A DNA stretch of 64,000 nt from Burkholderiales bacterium (lineage in GTDB: Bacteria; Pseudomonadota; Gammaproteobacteria; Burkholderiales; SG8-39), in the NCBI GenBank assembly GCA_035308765.1, contig DATGGA010000025.1:2576-66575 (forward strand), written 5' to 3'. Within the stretch, counting starts at the first letter, position 1. Every line of letters begins with the position of its first letter. Shown here in pieces: positions 49,371 through 57,717 of the stretch. The position numbers were made by a program, and so were the translations under genes. Below the pieces are notes generated by a model, which saw only the letters and a program-made list of their open reading frames with translations, was not told where the DNA came from and searched no databases.

Positions 49371-51278
49371 TTACTCGGGTATTACCGAGCGAACCGATTT
49401 CTCGATGCCTTCGGCGTCCAACCCTACTGCCGACAGGAGTTTGGCGGAGTCGCCATGGTCAATGAACCGGTCGGGAAGCCCTAGCAAAAGCACTTTCTTT
49501 TCAATGCCCAGCGCCGCCAGCGCCTCGCACACCGCGCTGCCTGCCCCGCCCATGATCTGGTGCTCTTCGACAGTGACCAGCAACTCGTGCGTTTCGGCGA
49601 GCCGCTTCACCAGGTCAGCGTCCAGCGGCTTGACGAAGCGCATGTTGGCCACCGTCGCGTTCAGCCGGCCGGCCGCATCCAGCGCCGGTTTCACCATGGA
49701 GCCGAAAGCGAGAATGGCGATCTTCCTGCCTTCCCGCCTGAGTTCCCCCTTGCCGACCGGAAGCGCGCGCATATCCTTCTCGATGGCTTTTCCGATGCCG
49801 ACCCCGCGCGGATAACGCACCGCCGCCGGGCCGTTCAGCTCGTAACCCGTGAACAGCATCTGGCGGCATTCGTTCTCGTCCGCAGGCGCCATGACGGTGA
49901 GGTTGGGCACGGTGCGCAGATAGGCATAGTCGAAGGCGCCGTTGTGGGTCTGCCCGTCGCCGCCGACCACGCCGCCGCGGTCGAGCGCGAACAGCACCGG
50001 CAGGTTCTGGATGGCGACATCGTGGATCAACTGGTCGTAGCCGCGCTGCAGGAAGGTGGAGTAGATCGCCACCACCGGCTTCAGGCCTTCGCAGGCAATG
50101 CCCGCCGCGAAAGTCACCGCGTGCTGCTCCGCGATCGCAGCGTCGAAATACCGGTCTGGAAATTCCTCGGAAAAGCGCACCATGCCGGAGCCTTCGCGCA
50201 TGGCCGGGGTGATCGCGATAAGGCGCTCGTCGGCGCGCGCCATGTCGCACAGCCAGTCGCCGAAGACCTGGCTGTAGGTCGGCCTGCCGCCCGCGGCCGC
50301 CTTCTTGATGCCTTCGGCCGGATCGAATTTGCCGGGACCGTGATAGGTGATCGGATCCTCTTCGGCGAGTTTGTAGCCCTGCCCCTTGCGCGTGAGGACG
50401 TGCAGGAACTGCGGCCCGCGCAGCTTCTTTATGTTGGTGAGCGTGGCCACCAGCGTGTCGAGATCGTGGCCGTCGATCGGGCCGATGTAGTTGAAGCCGA
50501 ATTCCTCGAACAGCGTCGAGGGCGACACCATGCCCTTGACGTGTTCCTCGGCGCGCCGGGCGAGTTCCCAAGCAATCGGCAGGCGCTTGAGGATGTGCTC
50601 GCTCGCGCGCTTGGCAGTGTCGTACATGCGGCCGGACAGCAGCCGCGCCAGATAGTTGGTCAGCGCGCCCACCGGCCGCGAAATGGACATCTCGTTGTCG
50701 TTCAGGATCACCAGCAGATCGACATCCATTGCGCCGGCATTGTTGAGCGCCTCGAATGCCATGCCCGCCGACATCGCGCCATCGCCGATCACCGCAACCG
50801 CCCTGCGCTTCTCGCCCTTCCTCTTCGCGGCCACCGCCATGCCGAGCGCGGCCGAGATCGAAGTCGAGGAATGCGCCGTGCCGAAAGCATCGTATTTCGA
50901 TTCGCTGCGCCTCGGGAAACCCGAAATGCCGTCCATCATCCGCAGCCTGTCCATCTGATCGCGCCGGCCGGTGAGGATCTTGTGCGCGTAGGTCTGGTGC
51001 CCGACATCCCAGACGATGCGGTCTTCGGGCGTCTCGAAGACGTAGTGCAGCGCGATCGTCAGTTCCACCGTGCCGAGGTTGGATGACAGATGGCCGCCGG
51101 TCTTGGACACCGAGTCGAGCACGTAGGCGCGCAGCTCGTCGGCGAGCTGCTGCAGCTGCTTCCTGTCCAGCTTGCGCAGCTCCGCCGGATCGTCGACGGT
51201 TTTCAGCAGCTCGTACATCGACGGATTGTAGTCGCCTGCACTTTCGCTGCCCGGCAGGTCCCCGGCGATCGTGGCCAT
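49371..51278 (-). CDS. dxs: 1-deoxy-D-xylulose-5-phosphate synthase
   Basis: [22 protein letters not shown]...[17 protein letters not shown]...[15 protein letters not shown]. The ATG at 51278 has a GAGGAA SD. The ATG at 51218 ([17 protein letters not shown]) aligns better with other Dxs N-termini as I remember them. The track ORF, extending to 51575, is inside ispA. Confidence 0.92.
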   Translation of the reverse strand: MATIAGDLPGSESAGDYNPSMYELLKTVDDPAELRKLDRKQLQQLADELRAYVLDSVSKTGGHLSSNLGTVELTIALHYVFETPEDRIVWDVGHQTYAHKILTGRRDQMDRLRMMDGISGFPRRSESKYDAFGTAHSSTSISAALGMAVAAKRKGEKRRAVAVIGDGAMSAGMAFEALNNAGAMDVDLLVILNDNEMSISRPVGALTNYLARLLSGRMYDTAKRASEHILKRLPIAWELARRAEEHVKGMVSPSTLFEEFGFNYIGPIDGHDLDTLVATLTNIKKLRGPQFLHVLTRKGQGYKLAEEDPITYHGPGKFDPAEGIKKAAAGGRPTYSQVFGDWLCDMARADERLIAITPAMREGSGMVRFSEEFPDRYFDAAIAEQHAVTFAAGIACEGLKPVVAIYSTFLQRGYDQLIHDVAIQNLPVLFALDRGGVVGGDGQTHNGAFDYAYLRTVPNLTVMAPADENECRQMLFTGYELNGPAAVRYPRGVGIGKAIEKDMRALPVGKGELRREGRKIAILAFGSMVKPALDAAGRLNATVANMRFVKPLDADLVKRLAETHELLVTVEEHQIMGGAGSAVCEALAALGIEKKVLLLGLPDRFIDHGDSAKLLSAVGLDAEGIEKSVRSVIPE

Positions 51279-51280
51279 GC

Positions 51281-52177
51281 CTAGAATTTCCTCAGGACGA
51301 TGAAATCGGCGAGCTGCCGCAGCCTTTGCGTGCGGCCGCCCAGCGCATCCAGCGCCGCGTGCGCGCCGCCGCGCAATTCTTCCGCGAACTGCTTCGCACG
51401 CCCGGCCCCCATCGCGGAAACGTAGGTGGGCTTGCCCTGCTTCGAGTCCTTGCCGGCGGTCTTGCCCAGCGTCGCGGTGGTCGCTTCGGCGTCGAGCACG
51501 TCGTCGACGACCTGGAACGCGAGGCCGATACGGTGCGCGTACTGCTCCAACGCCGCCGGACAGGTCCCGGCGCACAGCGCGCCCAGCTTCACCGCCGCGC
51601 TGATCAGCGCCCCGGTCTTGCGCACATGCATGAATTCCAGTTCAGTTTGCGAGAGCGATTTGCCGGTCGACTCCAGATCAATCGCCTGCCCGCCCGCCAT
51701 GCCGCGCGAGCCGGCAGCCACGGCCAGCGTACGCATCATTTCCAGCTGCGCCTTCGGCTCGTCGGCCAGGGGGTTTTCAGCCAGCAGCTGGAAGGCGAGC
51801 GCCTGCAACGCGTCTCCCACCAGCATCGCGGTGGCCTCGTCGAACTCGACGTGCACCGTGGCCTTGCCCCGGCGCAGCACGTCATCGTCCATGCACGGCA
51901 TGTCGTCATGGACCAGCGAATAGGCGTGGATCATCTCGACGGCGGAAGCGACGATCTCGAGGCGGCGCTCTTCGGCGCCGGCGAATTCGCCCGCGGCGAA
52001 AGTCAGCAGCGGCCGGACACGCTTGCCGCCTTCCAGCGTGGCGTAGCGCATGGCTTCGTGCAGGCGCGCGGGCACGTGCTGCGGGCCCGGAAGGCTGCGC
52101 CCGAGCGCACCCTCGACGCGCGCCTGGATCGTTCCCATCCAGGCGGCGAAATCTGCCTCAGTCGCGCTCGCCAGCAT
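51281..52177 (-). CDS. ispA: (2E,6E)-farnesyl diphosphate synthase
   Basis: Start taken at [10 protein letters not shown]. Also present: GGKRVRPLL, the first DDxxD block [17 protein letters not shown], and the second, FQVVDDVLD. Confidence 0.9.
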   Translation of the reverse strand: MLASATEADFAAWMGTIQARVEGALGRSLPGPQHVPARLHEAMRYATLEGGKRVRPLLTFAAGEFAGAEERRLEIVASAVEMIHAYSLVHDDMPCMDDDVLRRGKATVHVEFDEATAMLVGDALQALAFQLLAENPLADEPKAQLEMMRTLAVAAGSRGMAGGQAIDLESTGKSLSQTELEFMHVRKTGALISAAVKLGALCAGTCPAALEQYAHRIGLAFQVVDDVLDAEATTATLGKTAGKDSKQGKPTYVSAMGAGRAKQFAEELRGGAHAALDALGGRTQRLRQLADFIVLRKF

Positions 52178-52406
52178 CGGCTGCGCCCGCGAGGGGCTTG
52201 AGAATTTCGCCCTCCAGCACCCTGACCTGCTGTTGCGCGGCCTCAAGGCGCTCGCGGCACTGCTTGGCCAGCTCGAGGCCCCGCTTGTGCGCGGCCAGCG
52301 ACTGCTCGAGCGACAGGCCGCCGTCTTCCATCCGGGCGACGATGCTTTCGAGTTCCGCCAGGGCCTTCTCGAAGGCCGGTTCGGCGGGTTTCGCTTGCTT
52401 ACTCAT
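52158..52406 (-). CDS. xseB: exodeoxyribonuclease VII small subunit
   Basis: 82 aa: FEKALAELESIVARMEDGGLSLEQSLAAHKRGLELAKQCRERLEAAQQQV. The xseB-ispA-dxs order matches E. coli. Confidence 0.92.
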   Translation of the reverse strand: MSKQAKPAEPAFEKALAELESIVARMEDGGLSLEQSLAAHKRGLELAKQCRERLEAAQQQVRVLEGEILKPLAGAADAGERD

Positions 52407-52502
52407 GGGGAGTGAACACCTTATCCGAGTGCCGCGACAGGGTCAAACCCAGATCATGTAAAATGCCGCGCTTTTAAGCACTTAGCCTCCTGCCGCGAAC
52501 GC

Positions 52503-53621
52503 ATGTCCAAGTCCATTCCCGCGCCCCACCTGCGGCCCGCCCAATGCCAGCTGCCGGTCAGCTGGTATTTCGACCCGGAAATTTTCGCGCTCGAGAAAAA
52601 ACTGCTGTTCGATGCCGGCCCGGGATACGCCGGGCACGAACTGATGGTGCCGAATGTGGGCGACTACCAGACCATCGGCTGGATGGACGATGCCAAGGTG
52701 CTGGTCAGGAATGGGCCGGATCAAACGCGCGGCGTCGAACTGCTGTCGAACATCTGCCGCCACCGGCAATCGCTGATGCTGGAAGGACGCGGCAACATCC
52801 GGAACATCGTCTGCCCGCTGCACCGCTGGACCTACGACCTGAAGGGCGAACTGCTCGGCGCCCCGCAGTTCGCGGAAAATCCCTGCGTCAAACTGCATTC
52901 GACCCCGCTCACGCGCTGGAACGGGCTGCTGTTCACCGGCCCGCGCGACGCGCGCAAGGACCTGGCCGATTTCGGCTGCAGCGACGACTTCGACTTCTCC
53001 GGCTACGTGCTCGACCGGGTGGAGACCACGGACTACGCCACCAACTGGAAGACCTTCGTCGAGGTCTACCTCGAGGTCTACCACGTGGATTTCCTGCACG
53101 CGGGCCTGGGCAACTTCGCCGACTGCAACAATTTCCACGTCCGCTACGGCAAGCGCAATTCGGTCCAGGTGATGTCGGCGAAGAAGGGCCTCACCGCGCC
53201 CGGCACGCCGGTCTACCGGAAATGGCAGGAGGCTTGCCTCAAGCGCCTCGACGGCAAGACGCCGAAGTACGGCGCGCTCTGGGCCACGTATTTTCCCGGC
53301 CTGACGCTCGAGTGGTATCCGAACGTGCTCATCGTCTCCAACCTCATCCCGCGCTCGCCCACCCTCACGACCAACGTGGTGGAGTTCTATTACCCGGAGG
53401 AAATCGTGCATTTCGAGCGCGAATTCATCGAGGCGCAGCGGGCCGCCTACGTCGAAACCGCGCTGGAAGACGATGAGATCTGCCGCCGCCTGGACCGCGG
53501 CCGCAGGGCGCTCTGGCAGCAGGGGCTGGACGACGCCGGCCCCTACCAGTCGCCGATGGAGGACACGATGGTGCATTTCCACGAATGGCTGCGCGGGGAG
53601 CTCGGCGTTGCGCCGCAATAA
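52503..53621 (+). CDS. Rieske [2Fe-2S] aromatic ring-hydroxylating oxygenase alpha subunit-like protein
   Basis: 372 aa. The Rieske motif is CRHRQSLM...(17)...CPLHRWTY. The C-terminal catalytic domain contains EVYLEVYHVDFLH. Confidence 0.85.
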   Translation: MSKSIPAPHLRPAQCQLPVSWYFDPEIFALEKKLLFDAGPGYAGHELMVPNVGDYQTIGWMDDAKVLVRNGPDQTRGVELLSNICRHRQSLMLEGRGNIRNIVCPLHRWTYDLKGELLGAPQFAENPCVKLHSTPLTRWNGLLFTGPRDARKDLADFGCSDDFDFSGYVLDRVETTDYATNWKTFVEVYLEVYHVDFLHAGLGNFADCNNFHVRYGKRNSVQVMSAKKGLTAPGTPVYRKWQEACLKRLDGKTPKYGALWATYFPGLTLEWYPNVLIVSNLIPRSPTLTTNVVEFYYPEEIVHFEREFIEAQRAAYVETALEDDEICRRLDRGRRALWQQGLDDAGPYQSPMEDTMVHFHEWLRGELGVAPQ

Positions 53622-53622
53622 C

Positions 53623-54453
53623 TTGAACACGACGCTCGTTTCCACCGAAGAACTGGCCGCCAACCCCGGGTGGCGCGTATTCGATTGCCGCCACGATCTC
53701 GCCAACCCGGCGCTCGGCGAGCAGCAATACGGCGAAGCGCACATTCCTGGCGCTCTGTTCGCCCATCTCGATCGCGATCTATCCGCTCCGAAGACGGGCA
53801 AGAACGGCCGCCATCCGCTGCCCGACCCCAAGACCTTCATCGCCTGGCTTGGCAGGCAGGGCCTGAAGCCGGAAGACCAGGTGGTCTGCTACGACGGCGG
53901 GCCCGGGGCCATGGCCGCGCGGCTTTGGTGGATGCTGCGCTGGGTGGGTCACGAGCCGGTGGCGGTTCTGGACGGCGGGATGAAAAAGTGGCTGCTGGAA
54001 GGCCGCGCGGTCACGAACGAGATTCCGGCGGTCACGCCTGCCGCCTACCCCGGCAAAGCCAGGGCGTCCCTGGTAGCGACCGTCTCGCTGGTGGAGAAAA
54101 AACTCAGGAAGGCGGCGCTGCTCGACGCGCGCGCGCCGCTGCGCTACCGCGGCGAGCGGGAGCCGATCGATCCGGTCGCGGGCCGCATCCCGGGCGCGAA
54201 GAACCGCTTCAACAACGACAATATTTCTGCCGAGGGCACGTTCAAGAAGCCCGAAGTGCTGCGCGCCGAATTCGAACCGATCCTCGCGGACCGGAATGCC
54301 GCGGATTTCATCAACTATTGCGGCTCGGGCGTCGCCGCCTGCCACAATGCGCTGGCGATGGAAATCGCGGGCCTGACCGGGTCGCGCGTCTACATCGGCT
54401 CCTGGAGCGAGTGGTCCGCGGATCCTGCAAGACCGATCGCGCGCAGCGCTTAG
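53623..54453 (+). CDS. sseA: 3-mercaptopyruvate/thiosulfate sulfurtransferase (tandem rhodanese)
   Basis: The TTG at 53623, just after the Rieske gene stop, gives (M)NTTLVSTEELAANPGWRVFDCR...GHIPGA. The second domain has the active-site loop YCGSGVAACHNALAM. The start codon is uncertain. Confidence 0.85.
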   Translation: MNTTLVSTEELAANPGWRVFDCRHDLANPALGEQQYGEAHIPGALFAHLDRDLSAPKTGKNGRHPLPDPKTFIAWLGRQGLKPEDQVVCYDGGPGAMAARLWWMLRWVGHEPVAVLDGGMKKWLLEGRAVTNEIPAVTPAAYPGKARASLVATVSLVEKKLRKAALLDARAPLRYRGEREPIDPVAGRIPGAKNRFNNDNISAEGTFKKPEVLRAEFEPILADRNAADFINYCGSGVAACHNALAMEIAGLTGSRVYIGSWSEWSADPARPIARSA

Positions 54454-55337
54454 ATTTTCTTTCCCGCCGTCCAGGCGAACAACTGCTGGAACACGCTTTC
54501 CCGGATTTCCGCGCGGGACAGCACGAGGTCGTGCAGCCCGCCGGGAAACTGAAGAGCGGTCACGTCCCGGCCCAGCGTGCGCGACCAGCGCGAGACCTGC
54601 TTCCAGTCGAGCACGATGTCGGCCTCGTCCGAATACATCGATAGCACCGGGCAATCCAGCGCCAGCCCGGCGTGGACCGTGGCGTGCGCCTCGAAAATCG
54701 CCCGTACCCAGCCGAAGTAGGCCGGGAATCCCATCAGCGGTTTGAGCGAGAGATCGAAGTCCCACTCCCCATCCCAGTTCTTGTGCAGGCTGCGCACATA
54801 AGCCGGCAGCACGGCCTTGGGATCGTTCATGAACGGGGAAAACCAGCCGAGCATCCGGGCGATCCGCAATTTGCTCTTATGGGCTTCCTTCCAGTCGAAG
54901 AACGGGCTGTTCAACCAGAGAGCACGGACGCGATCGCGCGACTCGCCTTCATGCTTGTACAGGGAACAGATCAACCCCCCGGTCGAATGCCCGGCCAGCA
55001 GCACGTCGGCGCCGATCGCCGTGATCGCGCGCGTGATGTCACCGTAGTACTCGGACAGGTCCTTGCAGAAGCAGGGATGCTGGCCCGGCAGCAGCGAACG
55101 GCCGTGCTTGCGCAGGTCCAGCGCGTAAAACGCGTAGCCCTCGGCGGCGAAACGCTGCGCCATGTGGCGCTGGAAGAAGTAATCGATGAAACCGTGGACG
55201 TAGAGCACGGCGCCGCAGGGCGCCGCGGGCGCCGGCAGGCGCACCAGCGTCGCCGCCACGCGCCCGTCGTAATCGTCCGGCGCCGGGAGTTCCAGCGACT
55301 CGAGCCCAGGGAGCTGTTTGTCAGGCTGCCACGCCAT
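54450..55337 (-). CDS. alpha/beta hydrolase (lysophospholipase/monoglyceride lipase-like)
   Basis: VLYVHGFIDYFF...LDLRKHGRS, with the nucleophile elbow LLAGHSTGGL. The ATG at 55337 is preferred over the TTG at 55373. Confidence 0.85.
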   Translation of the reverse strand: MAWQPDKQLPGLESLELPAPDDYDGRVAATLVRLPAPAAPCGAVLYVHGFIDYFFQRHMAQRFAAEGYAFYALDLRKHGRSLLPGQHPCFCKDLSEYYGDITRAITAIGADVLLAGHSTGGLICSLYKHEGESRDRVRALWLNSPFFDWKEAHKSKLRIARMLGWFSPFMNDPKAVLPAYVRSLHKNWDGEWDFDLSLKPLMGFPAYFGWVRAIFEAHATVHAGLALDCPVLSMYSDEADIVLDWKQVSRWSRTLGRDVTALQFPGGLHDLVLSRAEIRESVFQQLFAWTAGKKI

Positions 55338-55387
55338 GGCGCGCCCTATAATCAGGTTTGATGTCCGCTGCAAGTGTTGCGTAGTCC

Positions 55388-55885
55388 ATGGTCGAGCATC
55401 CTAACTGGCCCGATGCGCAGCATCTTGGTTTGGCTGGAGAACCCGCGACGCTTCGCCTGGGAGAAGCCTTGGCCGCAGGCGCGGCCAACGGCCTGGTCTT
55501 GCACCTGAAGGGCGAGCTTGGCTCGGGGAAAACGACCCTGGCCAGGGGCCTGATCCGCGCCCTGGGCCATCCCGGACGGATCAAAAGCCCGACCTACACT
55601 CTGCTTGAACCTTATAGTCATTTGAGATTAAACTTGTATCACTTTGATTTTTATAGGTTCAAGAACCAGGCTGAATGGCTGAACTCTGGCTTCCGCGAAC
55701 ACTTCAATCCGCAGTCGCTCTGTATCGTGGAATGGCCCGAGCGGGCCGGAGATCTGCTCGCCCCTCCGGATCTGGAGATTCATCTCCGCTACGACGGCGA
55801 GGCGCGCACTGCGGCGCTGGCTCCGAACTCGGAGCCGGGCGAGGCCTGGCTGGCCGCCGCCTTGTCGCGCTGGCGCTCTTCCTAG
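55388..55885 (+). CDS. tsaE: tRNA t6A37 biosynthesis ATPase TsaE
   Basis: 165 aa: LKGELGSGKTTLARGLIRALG...IKSPTYTLLEPY...LYHFDFYR...CIVEWPER. Confidence 0.93.
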   Translation: MVEHPNWPDAQHLGLAGEPATLRLGEALAAGAANGLVLHLKGELGSGKTTLARGLIRALGHPGRIKSPTYTLLEPYSHLRLNLYHFDFYRFKNQAEWLNSGFREHFNPQSLCIVEWPERAGDLLAPPDLEIHLRYDGEARTAALAPNSEPGEAWLAAALSRWRSS

Positions 55886-57066
55886 CCGCCGCCGGCGCGC
55901 AGGCGCAAGTCATCTCGACGAGGATCTGGCCGGCGAAGGAATACACCCGCGTCACGCTGGAATCGAAATCGGAGATCAAGTTCCAGCTGTTCGCGGTGAA
56001 GAATCCCGAGCGGCTGGTGCTCGACCTGGAAGGCGTCGAACTCGGACCCGCGCTGGCCGAGCTGGACGGCAAGGTCGCCACCGGCGATCCCTACATCGAC
56101 AAGCTGCGCGTCGGCCGCAACCGGCCGGGCGTGGTGCGCGTGGTGCTCGACCTCAAGACCGAGGTGAGGCCGCAGGTTTTCGCCCTGAAACCAGTGGCCG
56201 AGTACGGCCACCGCCTGGTGCTGGACATCTACCCGGTGGTGGCGCCCGATCCGCTCGCGGCGCTGATCGAGGCGGACGGGAAGATGCCGAAGAAGGAAGA
56301 CAAGGCGGAAAGAGAAGCAGCGCCGCTCCCCGACAAACCGAAAATCGCCCGCCTCGCGACGGTCGTGATCGACGCCGGACACGGCGGCGAAGACCCGGGC
56401 GCGCGCGGCATGCACGGCTCGCGCGAAAAGGACATCACACTGACGATCGCCAGACGCCTCAAGCTGCTGGTCGACGCCGAGCCCGAGATGCGCGCGGTGA
56501 TGACGCGCGACGCGGATTTCTACGTGCCGCTGCAGACGCGCGTGGACAAGGCGAGACGCGTCAAGGCAGACCTTTTCGTCTCGGTCCATGCCGACGCATT
56601 CATCAGGCCGAATGCTCGCGGTTCCAGCGTGTTCGCTCTCTCGGAGCGGCGCGCGACCTCGGAAGCCGCGCGCTGGCTGGCGAAGAAGGAAAACGACGCC
56701 GATCTCGTCGGCGGCGTGAACATCGACCTCAAGGACCGCTACCTGGCGCAGACCCTGCTCGACCTGTCGCAGACCGCGACTATCGACCACAGCTTGAGGC
56801 TGGGCAATGCGGTGCTGGGCGAGATCGGCCAGGTGAATACGCTGCACAAGGCGCAGGTCGAGCAGGCAAGCTTTGCGGTCCTCAAATCGCCCGACGTACC
56901 GTCGATCCTGGTAGAGACGGCGTTCATCTCCAACCCGGAAGAGGAACAGCGCCTGAACGACGAGGCCTACCAGGACCAGCTTGCGCGCGCGATCCTGGCC
57001 GGCATCAAGCGCTACCTCGCCAAGAACCCTCCCCGCCCGCAGCTACCCGTTGCGCTGACCAACTAG
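55732..57066 (+). CDS. amiC: N-acetylmuramoyl-L-alanine amidase (AMIN domain + Amidase_3), AmiC-like
   Basis: The AMIN domain is ISTRIWPAKEYTRVTLES...LVLDLEGVEL. The catalytic domain is VVIDAGHGGEDPGA...DLFVSVHADA...PSILVETAFISNPEE. The start is ambiguous: ATG at 55675, ATG at 55732, or a CTG at 55846 preceding the RR signal peptide. Confidence 0.85.
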   Translation: MARAGRRSARPSGSGDSSPLRRRGAHCGAGSELGAGRGLAGRRLVALALFLAAAGAQAQVISTRIWPAKEYTRVTLESKSEIKFQLFAVKNPERLVLDLEGVELGPALAELDGKVATGDPYIDKLRVGRNRPGVVRVVLDLKTEVRPQVFALKPVAEYGHRLVLDIYPVVAPDPLAALIEADGKMPKKEDKAEREAAPLPDKPKIARLATVVIDAGHGGEDPGARGMHGSREKDITLTIARRLKLLVDAEPEMRAVMTRDADFYVPLQTRVDKARRVKADLFVSVHADAFIRPNARGSSVFALSERRATSEAARWLAKKENDADLVGGVNIDLKDRYLAQTLLDLSQTATIDHSLRLGNAVLGEIGQVNTLHKAQVEQASFAVLKSPDVPSILVETAFISNPEEEQRLNDEAYQDQLARAILAGIKRYLAKNPPRPQLPVALTN

Positions 57067-57693
57067 GCGCGACCGGATCCAGGCGATCAGCGTCGGCGTT
57101 ACCGACGCCAGCACGATCAGCACGATCACCACGCTGAGGTTTTTCTTCACTACCGGGATGTTGCCGAAGAAATAGCCCGCGGCGCACATCGACACCACCC
57201 ATAGCAGCGCGCCCGTCACGCAGAAGCCGATATAGCGCGCGTAAGGCATGGCGCCGATCCCGGCAACGAACGGCACGTAGGTGCGCACGATCGGCAGGAA
57301 GCGCGCGACGATGATGGTCTTGCCGCCGTGGCGTTCGTAGAAAGCGCGCGCGCGCGCGAGGTGCGCGGGATTGAACCAGCGGGACTTTTCGTATTGGAAG
57401 ATGCGCGGGCCGATCCAGCGCCCGATACCGTAGTTGACGTTGTCGCCGGTGAGCGCCGCGGCGACCAGTACCGCCATCACCGCCGCGATGTCCATGCCGC
57501 CCGCCGCCGCAATCGCGCCGGTGACGAACAGCAGCGAATCCCCGGGCAGGAACGGCCAGACGACCAGGCCGGTTTCGATGAACACGATGGCGAACAGCAG
57601 CGCGTAAACCCAGGCGCCGTGCGCGGCGACGAATTCCGCGAGATGAACGTCGAGGTGAACCGCGATCTGCCAGGCCTGGGCGAGAATTTCCAT
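57043..57693 (-). CDS. DedA family membrane protein
   Basis: 216 aa: FIETGLVVWPFLPGDSLLFVTGAIAA...GKTIIVARFLPIVRTYVPFVAGI. The 3' end overlaps amiC by 24 nt, convergently. Confidence 0.9.
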   Translation of the reverse strand: MEILAQAWQIAVHLDVHLAEFVAAHGAWVYALLFAIVFIETGLVVWPFLPGDSLLFVTGAIAAAGGMDIAAVMAVLVAAALTGDNVNYGIGRWIGPRIFQYEKSRWFNPAHLARARAFYERHGGKTIIVARFLPIVRTYVPFVAGIGAMPYARYIGFCVTGALLWVVSMCAAGYFFGNIPVVKKNLSVVIVLIVLASVTPTLIAWIRSRLVGQRNG

Positions 57694-57717
57694 GGCCGGA
57701 TTCTATATACTCTGCGC

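Noticed and set aside
55318-55351. Sigma-70 promoter for tsaE (TATAAT at 55346-51, TTGTCA at 55318-23)
   Set aside because: The -10 hexamer is perfect, but the only -35-like hexamer is 22 nt away. This is not convincing as a pair. It could still be an extended or activator-dependent promoter, but I cannot support it.
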